Shown here piece after piece: positions 39,401 through 47,275 of a stretch of DNA of 64,000 nt (its first letter is position 1; each line of letters opens with the position of its first letter). The stretch comes from Patescibacteria group bacterium (GTDB lineage: Bacteria; Patescibacteriota; Microgenomatia; UBA10105; UBA927), in contig DATKGN010000004.1 of NCBI GenBank assembly GCA_035510735.1, forward strand, positions 7,436 to 71,435, read 5' to 3'. Below the pieces are notes generated by a model. The model saw only the letters and a list, made by a program, of their open reading frames with translations, ran no database searches and was not told the DNA's origin. A program made the position numbers and the translations under genes.

Positions 39401-40490
39401 AAACCATGCGTATCATGATCCTGAAGAAGCAGGTCTCAACGCTATCGGTCCTGGCAGGCGAGATCTTTTTATGGAGCGTTTTATCATGCGTCAAGATATG
39501 ATAAATGCCGATTGTGCGGAAGCAGGAGAAATGCCCTGGAATTTTTCAAAACCAATCGCGGCTCACACCCCAAGACAAATAGCTATTGCAGCTGAAATAT
39601 GTCGGATTACCCAAACGGATATGAACGAATTTTTTGCGCTCGGCGGACGTATTTCAGAGCATGTTTTAGAACCTGAAACATTAGAGTCTCTCTCAAATCC
39701 CGCGATCGCGCAGTATTTTTTAGTCGTTCACGATCAGGATCCACGATATATAGAGTTAGATGACGGGGTCCCCGGGGATCCTGAATTTCAATATTCCCTC
39801 CAAATTGCTAAAGATGATTACGCAGGGAACAATGGAATCTATCGCAACCTAAACGATACAGTAAATGCGGCAGGTGGCGTGGTAAAGGATTTTAAACCAA
39901 TGGTTGAGGCGGGTGATGAAAAGACATTTACAGGGCATCGTGAAGCGTTTTATGCGATGACAGAAATGGTCGGCGGCTACAATACGAAAGCAGTCAATAA
40001 TCTGAAATGGACGGCAGCATGGTACGGGATGGTACGGATGGATTACGGGAAGGACATTGTGGGTATGAAGGGGGAACATCCATTTTTCCCCATGTCTGAT
40101 CACCAACGAATAGTGGGTATAGGCGGATTAGCCCTGCCTCTTGAGAAGGTGGATCTTGCATGGCATGCTGCGGACGTTGCAACAGGCGGAAAATTTCATA
40201 AATTATTTCCGCATTTAACTCATGTAACCATGAAACGATTGAACCTCATCGCCGCCGAGATTGGTTGGCCTAATTTTTTACAGGATTTTGGCAAAGCTAT
40301 TACGAAAAGGACTGGATGGAGGGGAGTAGAACGACTATTTCATCACAAATTTGAAATTCAGACCGTTTGGGTCCCGCGCGCAGTGGCATTGGCCGGTTTG
40401 GCCGTGTTATTATGGGGAACTCAAACTTGGAGTAATTTGAAAAAGGGATTTTCCGGGAACTCCTCACACGCACAACCGGAACACGGTTAA
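36429..40490 (+). CDS. 1353-aa hypothetical protein, charged, with a C-terminal hydrophobic segment
   Basis: Long uninterrupted ORF with no motif recognised. AVALAGLAVLLWG lies near the C-terminus. Confidence 0.8.
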   Translation: MPEDTNEKTPILLLKKLLEGKQPPPDRGADGPLTVKGVQSRDFARREQNAKELKSTQESKGPKPETGVKPKTEAISDKYKEELVRSGTPLTIEKKLQIIEHEVPEAKTLALKRQFEELKNEIRNNPQGPDSRGRIQSIVKGIQTDAAVDKDLNEVAQEITQSTYNHIMRNKAYMVGISIDDRAEMGVTFIDAKSSRIYEDENYLRDIGENILRRPLTAADIQAEVQVSEDLVKHLNAGGDEADVDLVVKTMRPVEKLDEKTARQKIAEGPRWVKDAASKITRDSYALSFLGEMSDVYKMNPDLVDDPTKLNPALLFTKGVQLRVDNGEFYTSQGESSDVMAQMQEGTSVRDTVVDQVKLAIEGRPMFTSDRWDEHLYLMSEPKAFALGAGVDYEWDSAAEPVRAGALKDRLDEFNSYVHSLTGDVDEQVYKLYGDLHHDYRADLTLVPNLVDRLAKRIDEVSKLNAERHKAFSNLYFEYVDQMPVYRNPALALRETQDYYNELSRLYPNTFQESVERNRQNMISFLNSPHFQADWKAFFDDDKNWGFINEGYDPAYKITVRADLDKHPMYKVLKDKNEWAKYRGQLVDSFTQGDLLQRGVTTFKTSEIEKMRGINASIGEKGQIILRRDRGGINNRAYLIMDRKGEFSRFDNDGDEAVASGPNLKRAVNKAKHEMKKYKEHYLPKLAKVYGPNVDFDTMVDAAVDEMYSQQIIETRRAEWMEWGAPIWKVGGQKDNPFMFAGLGPEANVLTAWRPIDELMERWGTISASGRHVIEEAAKSDVMRLSIDKYVDPALDKIDLRTAKGKQDFRRLVKNYLGIVEPETSPRYAAIEQQRLVFFEIDEHGIDLKEQLRNPTSIDKLTKKDLRRLMTFTLAKRAATDREATGAYRYRSASWNADTMIQVMDKKYTGHNEVLLQERLSRKVADLFNPEISHDSIENAQFTLTHIVPEDPTSGMLLKLGEYSPMHAVDALQSECDIEILEFINREIPAANHAYHDPEEAGLNAIGPGRRDLFMERFIMRQDMINADCAEAGEMPWNFSKPIAAHTPRQIAIAAEICRITQTDMNEFFALGGRISEHVLEPETLESLSNPAIAQYFLVVHDQDPRYIELDDGVPGDPEFQYSLQIAKDDYAGNNGIYRNLNDTVNAAGGVVKDFKPMVEAGDEKTFTGHREAFYAMTEMVGGYNTKAVNNLKWTAAWYGMVRMDYGKDIVGMKGEHPFFPMSDHQRIVGIGGLALPLEKVDLAWHAADVATGGKFHKLFPHLTHVTMKRLNLIAAEIGWPNFLQDFGKAITKRTGWRGVERLFHHKFEIQTVWVPRAVALAGLAVLLWGTQTWSNLKKGFSGNSSHAQPEHG

Positions 40491-40493
40491 CGA

Positions 40494-42035
40494 CTATTCT
40501 CCACCCCCACCATGCGAAGGAGGGCTTTTTTGGCCGGTTACGCGGTCCCATATCTGACTTGGCCAGAGAGACTTGATGTAATATGCCATTGATAGTGTTT
40601 GCAATGCTCCTCCTCCTGCCCCTCCCGTGTCGAACATTGGCATAACGGACTTTGCCTTGAGCGCTTCTTTGACCGAGCCTGCAACAGAGGGTATGGCAAA
40701 TAAGATGCCAAGCGAGATGAGTGCGCCGATTGCCGTTGTGTTACTTACAATACTCGTGTACGGCGGTACCCAAAGGTTTGTTGGTCCTCCTGAAATGCCG
40801 CCGTTTGAGAAATTAGCAAATACGGAGGAGAGCATAAACATAGCGCCTCCGATAGGGAAAACCGCGAGATTTGCTGCAAGATTTTTAATCCACGATGAGA
40901 ACGAATTAGATCCTGGGAGCGCCTCCATGAGTAATTGGAGTGGCGCCAATAGCAGCGAGATAATTATCTGGATATAAGAAGTAAGGAAGAATCCAAGCAA
41001 TCGAAGAAAGAGGAATAGTATAACGATGGCTAAAATTAAATGGACGAGCGGTAACCCGAGTCCGGCGAGACCTATCACGACTCCGGCTCCGCCTATCGGC
41101 GTGCCCGCGCCGGCAATGGCAGCTATTCCGCCGATAACTGCGCCTATAGAAGACACCATGAGGGCGGTACCGGAATTTACATTATAGCCCAAAAATTTAA
41201 GCGGGTTTATATCCACGTTGAAAAACTGTGCTCCAATGCCGCCCTGGCCGTAGAGCGCGTCATTTGTCGTAATATGATATATGCTTTGCACCTGCGCGCT
41301 CGGCGCCGGCAGATAATTTGGAATTGATTTAAAAATGGCAACGATAAAGAAAATAAGAAGATACATGATATCAATCATAAATCCGACGATTGCATAGGAA
41401 AATGTGATGAGGATAAGCGCGATGATGACACGGGGGATTGCATTTTGTGCCGTGACGACGGTTTTGGGATCAATTTTTTTCCTGAGCATGATCATAAACC
41501 CGAGAACGATCATGACAAGCGCCATAAGGAGGTAGGCGATATTCCGGAACGCTTTCCAGATGGGAAGAAGGGGTTCGAGGCCGCTGAATCCAATCCCTTG
41601 TGCATACGCCTGATCGGGGATAAATCCGAGAGAATGACCCATATCGGCTAAAAACAAACCGGAGTCGGCGGGTTTCGTTGTATACATGTCAGCAATAACG
41701 CCGCCAAGTTGCATTGCCGTGCTTCCGTTAAGGCACGTGGTAAAGTCTGTTTGTGTTTTTGCACCCGATATACAGACTGACTTGTCGATCATATCAGCGA
41801 TGTCATACGCGTTATTGGTGTTTTGGAAATGGACGGTTGATTCGGAATTAATCGAAGCCGTTCCATACACCGCGGCATTGGTATCTTGTGTAGTCGGGAA
41901 TTTCCAGGAATTAATGAGATTGGTGATAGCTGTAATCGGGTTTGCCGGGGCCGGTTGAGCAAAAACGACGCTTTTGGGTGCAAGAAATGCGAGCGAACAG
42001 AGAAGAATAAAAAACACGAGCAGACGTTTTAGCAT
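40494..42035 (-). CDS. VirB6/TrbL-like polytopic membrane protein
   Basis: Signal peptide (VVFA|Q), W..FRNIAY, ALILITFSYAI.G.MID, many TMs, W.KNL.ANL.VFP. Directly downstream of the pilin array. Confidence 0.6.
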   Translation of the reverse strand: MLKRLLVFFILLCSLAFLAPKSVVFAQPAPANPITAITNLINSWKFPTTQDTNAAVYGTASINSESTVHFQNTNNAYDIADMIDKSVCISGAKTQTDFTTCLNGSTAMQLGGVIADMYTTKPADSGLFLADMGHSLGFIPDQAYAQGIGFSGLEPLLPIWKAFRNIAYLLMALVMIVLGFMIMLRKKIDPKTVVTAQNAIPRVIIALILITFSYAIVGFMIDIMYLLIFFIVAIFKSIPNYLPAPSAQVQSIYHITTNDALYGQGGIGAQFFNVDINPLKFLGYNVNSGTALMVSSIGAVIGGIAAIAGAGTPIGGAGVVIGLAGLGLPLVHLILAIVILFLFLRLLGFFLTSYIQIIISLLLAPLQLLMEALPGSNSFSSWIKNLAANLAVFPIGGAMFMLSSVFANFSNGGISGGPTNLWVPPYTSIVSNTTAIGALISLGILFAIPSVAGSVKEALKAKSVMPMFDTGGAGGGALQTLSMAYYIKSLWPSQIWDRVTGQKSPPSHGGGGE

Positions 42036-42074
42036 GTACTCTTTATTATTAACGATGCGCAGAGAACAGTCAAT

Positions 42075-42497
42075 CTACCTTTTAGGAAGAACTCCTGCGC
42101 CTGCGGATGGATTTCCTGCGGATGGATTTCCGGCTGGAATAGTGAACTTGAGAATCTGCGGTACGCCGGTGAATACGCTGATGATGCGGATGATGAGGAA
42201 CGCAGCGACAATGACAACAAGACCGATCACCGCGTTCGTGAGCGTCCCCCTGGCCTGTTCCAGTTTTTTCTGATCGCCCTGAGAAAATAAAAAGGAAAAC
42301 CCCGCAATAACAAACATGAGAAGAAGCGCAACGCCAGCTAGAGCGATCACGACATTGACGACATTGGTAAATAGCCCCTCAAGCGATTGAACGGTAGCGA
42401 CATCACCCTGTTGTAAATTCGGAAGTACGGCGGCATACACCGGGGACCCAAGAAAGAATACTAACGGGCTCATGAACACATGGACGACTTTACGCAT
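42075..42497 (-). CDS. VirB2/TrbC-like T4SS pilin (full signal peptide)
   Basis: Two-TM core with SQGDQKKLEQARGTLTNAVIGL, and PVYA|A cleavage site. Confidence 0.8.
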   Translation of the reverse strand: MRKVVHVFMSPLVFFLGSPVYAAVLPNLQQGDVATVQSLEGLFTNVVNVVIALAGVALLLMFVIAGFSFLFSQGDQKKLEQARGTLTNAVIGLVVIVAAFLIIRIISVFTGVPQILKFTIPAGNPSAGNPSAGAGVLPKR

Positions 42498-42549
42498 ACC
42501 AATATTGTAGCAGATATGAGTAGACCCAGAGAAAGAATTTACGTCTTAT

Positions 42550-42888
42550 TTAATTGCCGTATGGTTTCGGGAAGTTAAGCGCTCCGCCGATGATCGTGAC
42601 GCCCAGGAAGTTCTGGACCAAGAGCATCACCGCCCACGCCGCGCCGACGATGATGAGTCCGACGATGGCATGAGTAATTTTATTGCGAGCTGCCTCCATA
42701 CCGGCCTTATCGCCGCCGGAGGTTATCCACTGGATACCTCCCAGGATTAGGAAGAAAAATGCTAAAAGTGCAGCGATGATAAGGAGTGTGCCGACGAGAG
42801 CACTGATAAGCTGACCGATGTCAGTAATCCGGAAATTACCCGGTGTCGGGATATTAATTGTCGGATCAGCTGCAAATACCTTAAACAT
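42550..42888 (-). CDS. VirB2/TrbC-like T4SS pilin (candidate major pilin)
   Basis: WITSGGDKAGMEAARNKITHAIVGL. Preceded by an AAGGAGG SD. Confidence 0.82.
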   Translation of the reverse strand: MFKVFAADPTINIPTPGNFRITDIGQLISALVGTLLIIAALLAFFFLILGGIQWITSGGDKAGMEAARNKITHAIVGLIIVGAAWAVMLLVQNFLGVTIIGGALNFPKPYGN

Positions 42889-42990
42889 ATCATTCCTCCT
42901 TAATTATCTCTTCGTGTAGTATACCGTACTTACTCTATTGTTGCGCAAACATTCGCCGGTTGTCAACAGTATTTTTTCGAATTCCCATCA

Positions 42991-43356
42991 TTATTGACCC
43001 GGGACAGCCGTTGGTATCGGGAGTTTTGTCAGATCGAGTCCAAAGAAATTGGCGATCAACACGGAGAGCGCCCACGCGGCGCCGACAACAACTAATCCGA
43101 TGATCGCGTTGGTTATTTCATCCCGCGCCTTTTCCAGTTTCGTTTTATCGCCGCCTGAGGTAATCCATGTAAATCCGCCCATGACTAAAAAGATGAGCGA
43201 GAGAAGAAAGCCGGCGATAAACAGCGCGCCGACAAGCCCACTGACCAAACCGCCGAGCGCCGAACCACCCTGATCCTGACTCGTGGAGATCTTGGTCCCG
43301 CCGAGACCCGTCGGGAGTACAGGATTCACGATCTGGGCAAGTAGGTGGGTAATCAT
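42991..43356 (-). CDS. VirB2/TrbC-like T4SS pilin
   Basis: WITSGGDKTKLEKARDEITNAIIGL. Start moved to ATG 43356. Confidence 0.82.
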   Translation of the reverse strand: MITHLLAQIVNPVLPTGLGGTKISTSQDQGGSALGGLVSGLVGALFIAGFLLSLIFLVMGGFTWITSGGDKTKLEKARDEITNAIIGLVVVGAAWALSVLIANFFGLDLTKLPIPTAVPGQ

Positions 43357-43360
43357 AAGA

Positions 43361-43732
43361 TTAGTGTATTTGTAAGTTTGTAATAAATGCTCCCGGATCG
43401 ACAAGTGTATTAAATCCAAAGAACTGGCCGACCACAGCGGTCAGGCTCCATGCACCAACGACGATCACAAGGCCGATAAACGCATGAACGATGCGGTCCC
43501 GTGCGCTTGCTATTTTTTTGGTATCGCCGCCTGCCGACGTCCATTCGTAGCCGGCGAAAAGGATCATGAATAAAAACCAGATGCTCGCACAGATCGTCAG
43601 CATGCCGACAATAGAACTGATAATATTCAAAATACCAGTCAAACCTGCGTTTGGGCCAACGCTTTTACCGAATGGGCCTAATCCTTCTCCTCCGATTGTT
43701 CCAAGTCCTGTACCCTGTGCTAAGAGTTTCAT
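43361..43732 (-). CDS. VirB2/TrbC-like T4SS pilin
   Basis: WTSAGGDTKKIASARDRIVHAFIGL. Confidence 0.8.
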   Translation of the reverse strand: MKLLAQGTGLGTIGGEGLGPFGKSVGPNAGLTGILNIISSIVGMLTICASIWFLFMILFAGYEWTSAGGDTKKIASARDRIVHAFIGLVIVVGAWSLTAVVGQFFGFNTLVDPGAFITNLQIH

Positions 43733-43738
43733 ATGTGT

Positions 43739-44083
43739 TTATTGTCCCGGGCCGTATATAGTCGGTGACAGGATGAATGTTGCGCTTCCAAATACGATTT
43801 GGCCGACGAGTGCGGCAAGCGCAAACGATCCGATGACGATAATAATTCCAAGGAGCGAGTACCAAATGCGGTCAAGAGCAGCAGATAGAGCCTTAGAATC
43901 ACCCGCAGCACTCATGTATTGGAATCCGGCGATGATGAAGTTAATAAACGCGTAGATGCCGGCGATCACGAAAACAAGGCGCAAAATATTCGTAAAAAAT
44001 AAAATAAGCCCACCATTCGCGCCCGTGAGGCTTTGATATGGTCCGGGAAGCGGATTTGTGACATGACCGACAATTTGATCCAT
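43739..44083 (-). CDS. VirB2/TrbC-like T4SS pilin
   Basis: YMSAAGDSKALSAALDRIWYSLLGI. Confidence 0.78.
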   Translation of the reverse strand: MDQIVGHVTNPLPGPYQSLTGANGGLILFFTNILRLVFVIAGIYAFINFIIAGFQYMSAAGDSKALSAALDRIWYSLLGIIIVIGSFALAALVGQIVFGSATFILSPTIYGPGQ

Positions 44084-44086
44084 AGG

Positions 44087-44398
44087 TTATTTCGGCAATA
44101 GAATAAGTCCTGTTAATTTTTCAACAATTTGTATAATCCAGAATGATCCGACGATGATGATAAGCCCTATGACAGCACCCGTGATTGCTTTTTTACCTTC
44201 CTCCAGCTTCTTCGTGTCACCGGATCCTCCTGCCATTATCATACCAAATCCACCGAAGACCAACAAAGCAAACATAATAACTCCGGCGATGACGAATGCG
44301 TTTTTTGCAACAACCGTCACAAGACTCCCGATATCGGTGAAATGGGTAATGGAGGGGAATGAGCTCTGGAGGTCGACTTCCGCATAAACCTGCTGCAT
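44087..44398 (-). CDS. VirB2/TrbC-like T4SS pilin
   Basis: GGSGDTKKLEEGKKAITGAVIGL. Confidence 0.8.
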   Translation of the reverse strand: MQQVYAEVDLQSSFPSITHFTDIGSLVTVVAKNAFVIAGVIMFALLVFGGFGMIMAGGSGDTKKLEEGKKAITGAVIGLIIIVGSFWIIQIVEKLTGLILLPK

Positions 44399-44477
44399 AG
44401 AATTAAGTGTAGTTGCTTTCCGTTTGCTTTGTCAACAACGTCCAAATTGTGGTATAGTGCATGAGTCAGACTCACTT

Positions 44478-45029
44478 ATGACAGATCAGCGGGACGAACG
44501 TGATCTTGTTGCAAAAATTCTGGCGCGGGATCGGCGGGCGTTGTCTTTTTTTTACCGCCACTATACCCCGCGGCTTTCGGCGCTTATCCGGCAAAAAATT
44601 GACAATCAAGGTGACGCCGAAGAGGTTCTCCAGGATACTCTGTTTGCATTTTTGGAGGCTATCCGTGATTTTCAGGGAAATAGCCAGCTTTCGACATTTC
44701 TCTATGCGATCGGGAATCATAAAATCATCGATTATTACAGGCGAAGAAAGTTGCGACAGGTTGTTTTTTCCAGAACGCCCAACCTTGAGGCACTTATCTC
44801 ACCAATGCTCAATCCTGAGGAGGAGCTTGATACGACCATCATGAAAGAAAAAATTCACCGCGTGCTTGCGAGGATCATGCCTCGGTATCGGCAACTCATC
44901 GTTTCCAAATACGAGGAGGATTTATCGGTTGCTGAGATTGCAAAAAAGTTTGCATTATCACTAAAAGGCGCTGAATCACAGTTGTTCCGTGCGAGAAAAG
45001 CATTTGTAGCGTTATTTTTATCGATATAG
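44478..45029 (+). CDS. ECF-type RNA polymerase sigma factor
   Basis: Region 2 DAEEVLQDTL...F.G.S.LSTFLY.I..HKIIDYYR and region 4 SVAEIA......AESQLFRAR. Start moved to ATG 44478. Confidence 0.92.
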   Translation: MTDQRDERDLVAKILARDRRALSFFYRHYTPRLSALIRQKIDNQGDAEEVLQDTLFAFLEAIRDFQGNSQLSTFLYAIGNHKIIDYYRRRKLRQVVFSRTPNLEALISPMLNPEEELDTTIMKEKIHRVLARIMPRYRQLIVSKYEEDLSVAEIAKKFALSLKGAESQLFRARKAFVALFLSI

Positions 45030-45037
45030 ATTTCATT

Positions 45038-45101
45038 GTCATTCCGGGCTTGACCCGGAATCTACCAAAAAGATAGATCCCGGCTCAAGGGCCGGGACGA
45101 C
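45038..45101. repeat. REP-like inverted doublet
   Basis: GTCATTCCGGGCTTGACCCGGAATCT and an inverted copy whose reverse complement is GTCGTCCCGGCCCTTGAGCCGGGATCT. Each is itself a hairpin. Confidence 0.75.
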
Positions 45102-45112
45102 GAAAAAACTGT

Positions 45113-45343
45113 ATGAATAGCGATCTTTATCGTCGATTTGTAAAGCGTTGGGAAGAAGTAACTGATCTGCCGCCTCAAACGGTCGGGCCTCTGACACCGT
45201 TTTATAAATCGTTCGTGGGTAGGCTCAAGGTGATGCCCTGGCCGCTTCTTGTATTTGGCTCATTAGTTCTGGTCGTTGGCCTCTACGTTTTATTGGGCTC
45301 TGCGGTAACGCTTCTTGTCACGATACTCCAGAGAGGATTTTAA
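45113..45343 (+). CDS. Small single-TM protein (possible anti-sigma factor)
   Basis: 76 aa with a hydrophobic C-terminal half, directly after the ECF sigma gene. Function is inferred from position only. Confidence 0.55.
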   Translation: MNSDLYRRFVKRWEEVTDLPPQTVGPLTPFYKSFVGRLKVMPWPLLVFGSLVLVVGLYVLLGSAVTLLVTILQRGF

Positions 45344-45446
45344 TTCCTCTAACAGTCGTCTCATTGGTCCCTCCACGGCGACCCGCCGATGAGGCGGGGC
45401 GCGGGTTTTAGTCTTCCCTTTCGACTAATACTATATATGGGCCTCT

Positions 45447-46079
45447 GTGGCCCTGTTTCTTATGGTAAATGATATCTTCGTGGCCGGATATAGCTTCGCC
45501 AAGCACGTTATCGGCGTTATTCTCCGGCCGTATGAGACATATCGGAAGATTGTGAGCGACGGAAAGCCATGGGAATTAGGATACATTGCCCTGTGTGCTA
45601 TCTGTTATTTTGCGACTGCGGCACTGGTGAAAACGTCATTGTTCCGTCCGTTTTTGTTGACCCGGCAATTTTTTGCACTATTCTCAGGCGCGGCAGCAAC
45701 CTACATCATTGCCGTCGGTTTATTTTGGACTGTCGGGAAATTATTCGGCGCACGCGGAACGCTTCGCGGGCTTGGTCTTTCCTGGGGGTACACACTGCTT
45801 CCAACAATCATCTGGTTTTGGGTTACCTCACTTTTATATGTTGCTGTGCCGCCACCCCGGACAACTGCGCCAATGGGTATTGCGTTCAGTGTTTTATATT
45901 TACTGTTTTCGGCGACATTGTTGTTTTGGAAAGTAACGCTTGCGTATTTGTCGCTCCGGTTTGCCTTACGTCTTGATCTTTTAAAAATACTCGCAACAAG
46001 CGCAATCGTACTTCCCATTCTTGCTTTATATAGTGTCGGAATGTATTGGTTGGGATTATTCCGCGTCCCGTTTGTGTAA
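45447..46079 (+). CDS. Yip1-like multi-pass membrane protein
   Basis: ILRPYETYRKI, GKLFGARG, WGYTLLP, about 5 TM. Start uncertain. Confidence 0.6.
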   Translation: MALFLMVNDIFVAGYSFAKHVIGVILRPYETYRKIVSDGKPWELGYIALCAICYFATAALVKTSLFRPFLLTRQFFALFSGAAATYIIAVGLFWTVGKLFGARGTLRGLGLSWGYTLLPTIIWFWVTSLLYVAVPPPRTTAPMGIAFSVLYLLFSATLLFWKVTLAYLSLRFALRLDLLKILATSAIVLPILALYSVGMYWLGLFRVPFV

Positions 46080-46090
46080 GTCATTACTGT

Positions 46091-47275
46091 ATGAATATAC
46101 GCATGCTAAAATCAGCAAAAGAGAGAAGAACAGCGTTGGAGAAATTATTGCATGTCGAGTTATCATCGATCGGATCATTTTCTCTGGATGAACAAACGGC
46201 GTCAACGAGAAACTGTGAAAATATGATCGGGGCGGCTCAGATTCCCATGGGAGTTGCGGGACCACTCCTCATTAAAGCTCAAATTTCAAACCCAAATGTT
46301 CAGAAGGAAAAAGAATATTACATACCTTTGGCAACAACTGAAGGAGCGCTCGTTGCGTCTATTAACCGTGGGTGTAAGGCGATCACCCAGAGTGGCGGGG
46401 CCGTTGTGGATAGTCATCGGATCGGAGCGACGCGCGGGCCGGTTTTCCGTGTAAAAAATCTTGCTGAAAACCGGACGCTTCGGACGTTTTTGGATACGCG
46501 GTTTGATGAGCTTAAAGAAGTCGCAGCGCAAACCTCCCATCACTTAGCTCTTACGTCGTTTACGTCAACCGGCATCGGCAGATATCGCTATATACGGTTT
46601 GTTTTTGATACGCAGGATGCCATGGGACTTAACATGGTGACGATCGCAACGGAAGCGGTCGCTTCTTATATACGGGAACAAACGGGAATTGAATGTCTGG
46701 CGCTTTCCGGCAATTACTGCGTTGATAAAAAACCTTCCTGGCTTAATATTTTGGGAAAACGGGGGATAAAAGTCTGGGCAGAAGTTGTGCTGACAAAAAC
46801 AGTGCTTCGGGAGACGCTTAAAACCACAGCACGACAAGTGTACGATGTGTGGCTGGCGAAGTGTATGTTGGGGAGCGTCATGAGCGGGTCTATGGCCTTT
46901 AATGCGCAGTTTGCAAATGTTGTTGCCGCCCTATTTGCGGCAACCGGTCAGGATATTGCACACGTTGTTGAGGGGAGCTTGGGCGTGACCACTGCCGAGG
47001 TTTTGCCTGGCGGAGCGTTATATATGTGTGTCTATGTTCCTGATCTCATGATTGGCACCGTTGGCGGCGGGACGGGCTTGGGAACCCAACGGGAAGCATT
47101 ATCCATGCTGGGAGTTGCTGGGAGTTCGCCTCAGGGAGACGGTGGCACGAATGCGCGTCACTTTGCAGAAATCGTCGGTGCTGCAGTGTTAGCTGGAGAA
47201 ATATCGCTTTTGGCATCGTTAGAAGAAGGGACACTTGCAAAAGCGCATCAGTCACTTGCGCGGGGGAATCAATGA
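46091..47275 (+). CDS. hmgA: HMG-CoA reductase, class I (archaeal-like)
   Basis: CENMIG, PLATTEGALVAS..RG, DAMGLNM, GTVGGGT, GEISL, C-terminal His. Start moved to ATG 46091. Confidence 0.95.
   Translation: MNIRMLKSAKERRTALEKLLHVELSSIGSFSLDEQTASTRNCENMIGAAQIPMGVAGPLLIKAQISNPNVQKEKEYYIPLATTEGALVASINRGCKAITQSGGAVVDSHRIGATRGPVFRVKNLAENRTLRTFLDTRFDELKEVAAQTSHHLALTSFTSTGIGRYRYIRFVFDTQDAMGLNMVTIATEAVASYIREQTGIECLALSGNYCVDKKPSWLNILGKRGIKVWAEVVLTKTVLRETLKTTARQVYDVWLAKCMLGSVMSGSMAFNAQFANVVAALFAATGQDIAHVVEGSLGVTTAEVLPGGALYMCVYVPDLMIGTVGGGTGLGTQREALSMLGVAGSSPQGDGGTNARHFAEIVGAAVLAGEISLLASLEEGTLAKAHQSLARGNQ

Noticed and set aside
42103-42132. 15-nt tandem repeat at a pilin C-terminus (AGNPS x2)
   Set aside because: A two-copy in-frame slippage in a low-complexity tail, with no sign of a wider system.
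25133-44398. Integrative conjugative element or prophage
   Set aside because: No integrase, relaxase, att repeats or phage structural genes are visible, and housekeeping genes are interleaved.
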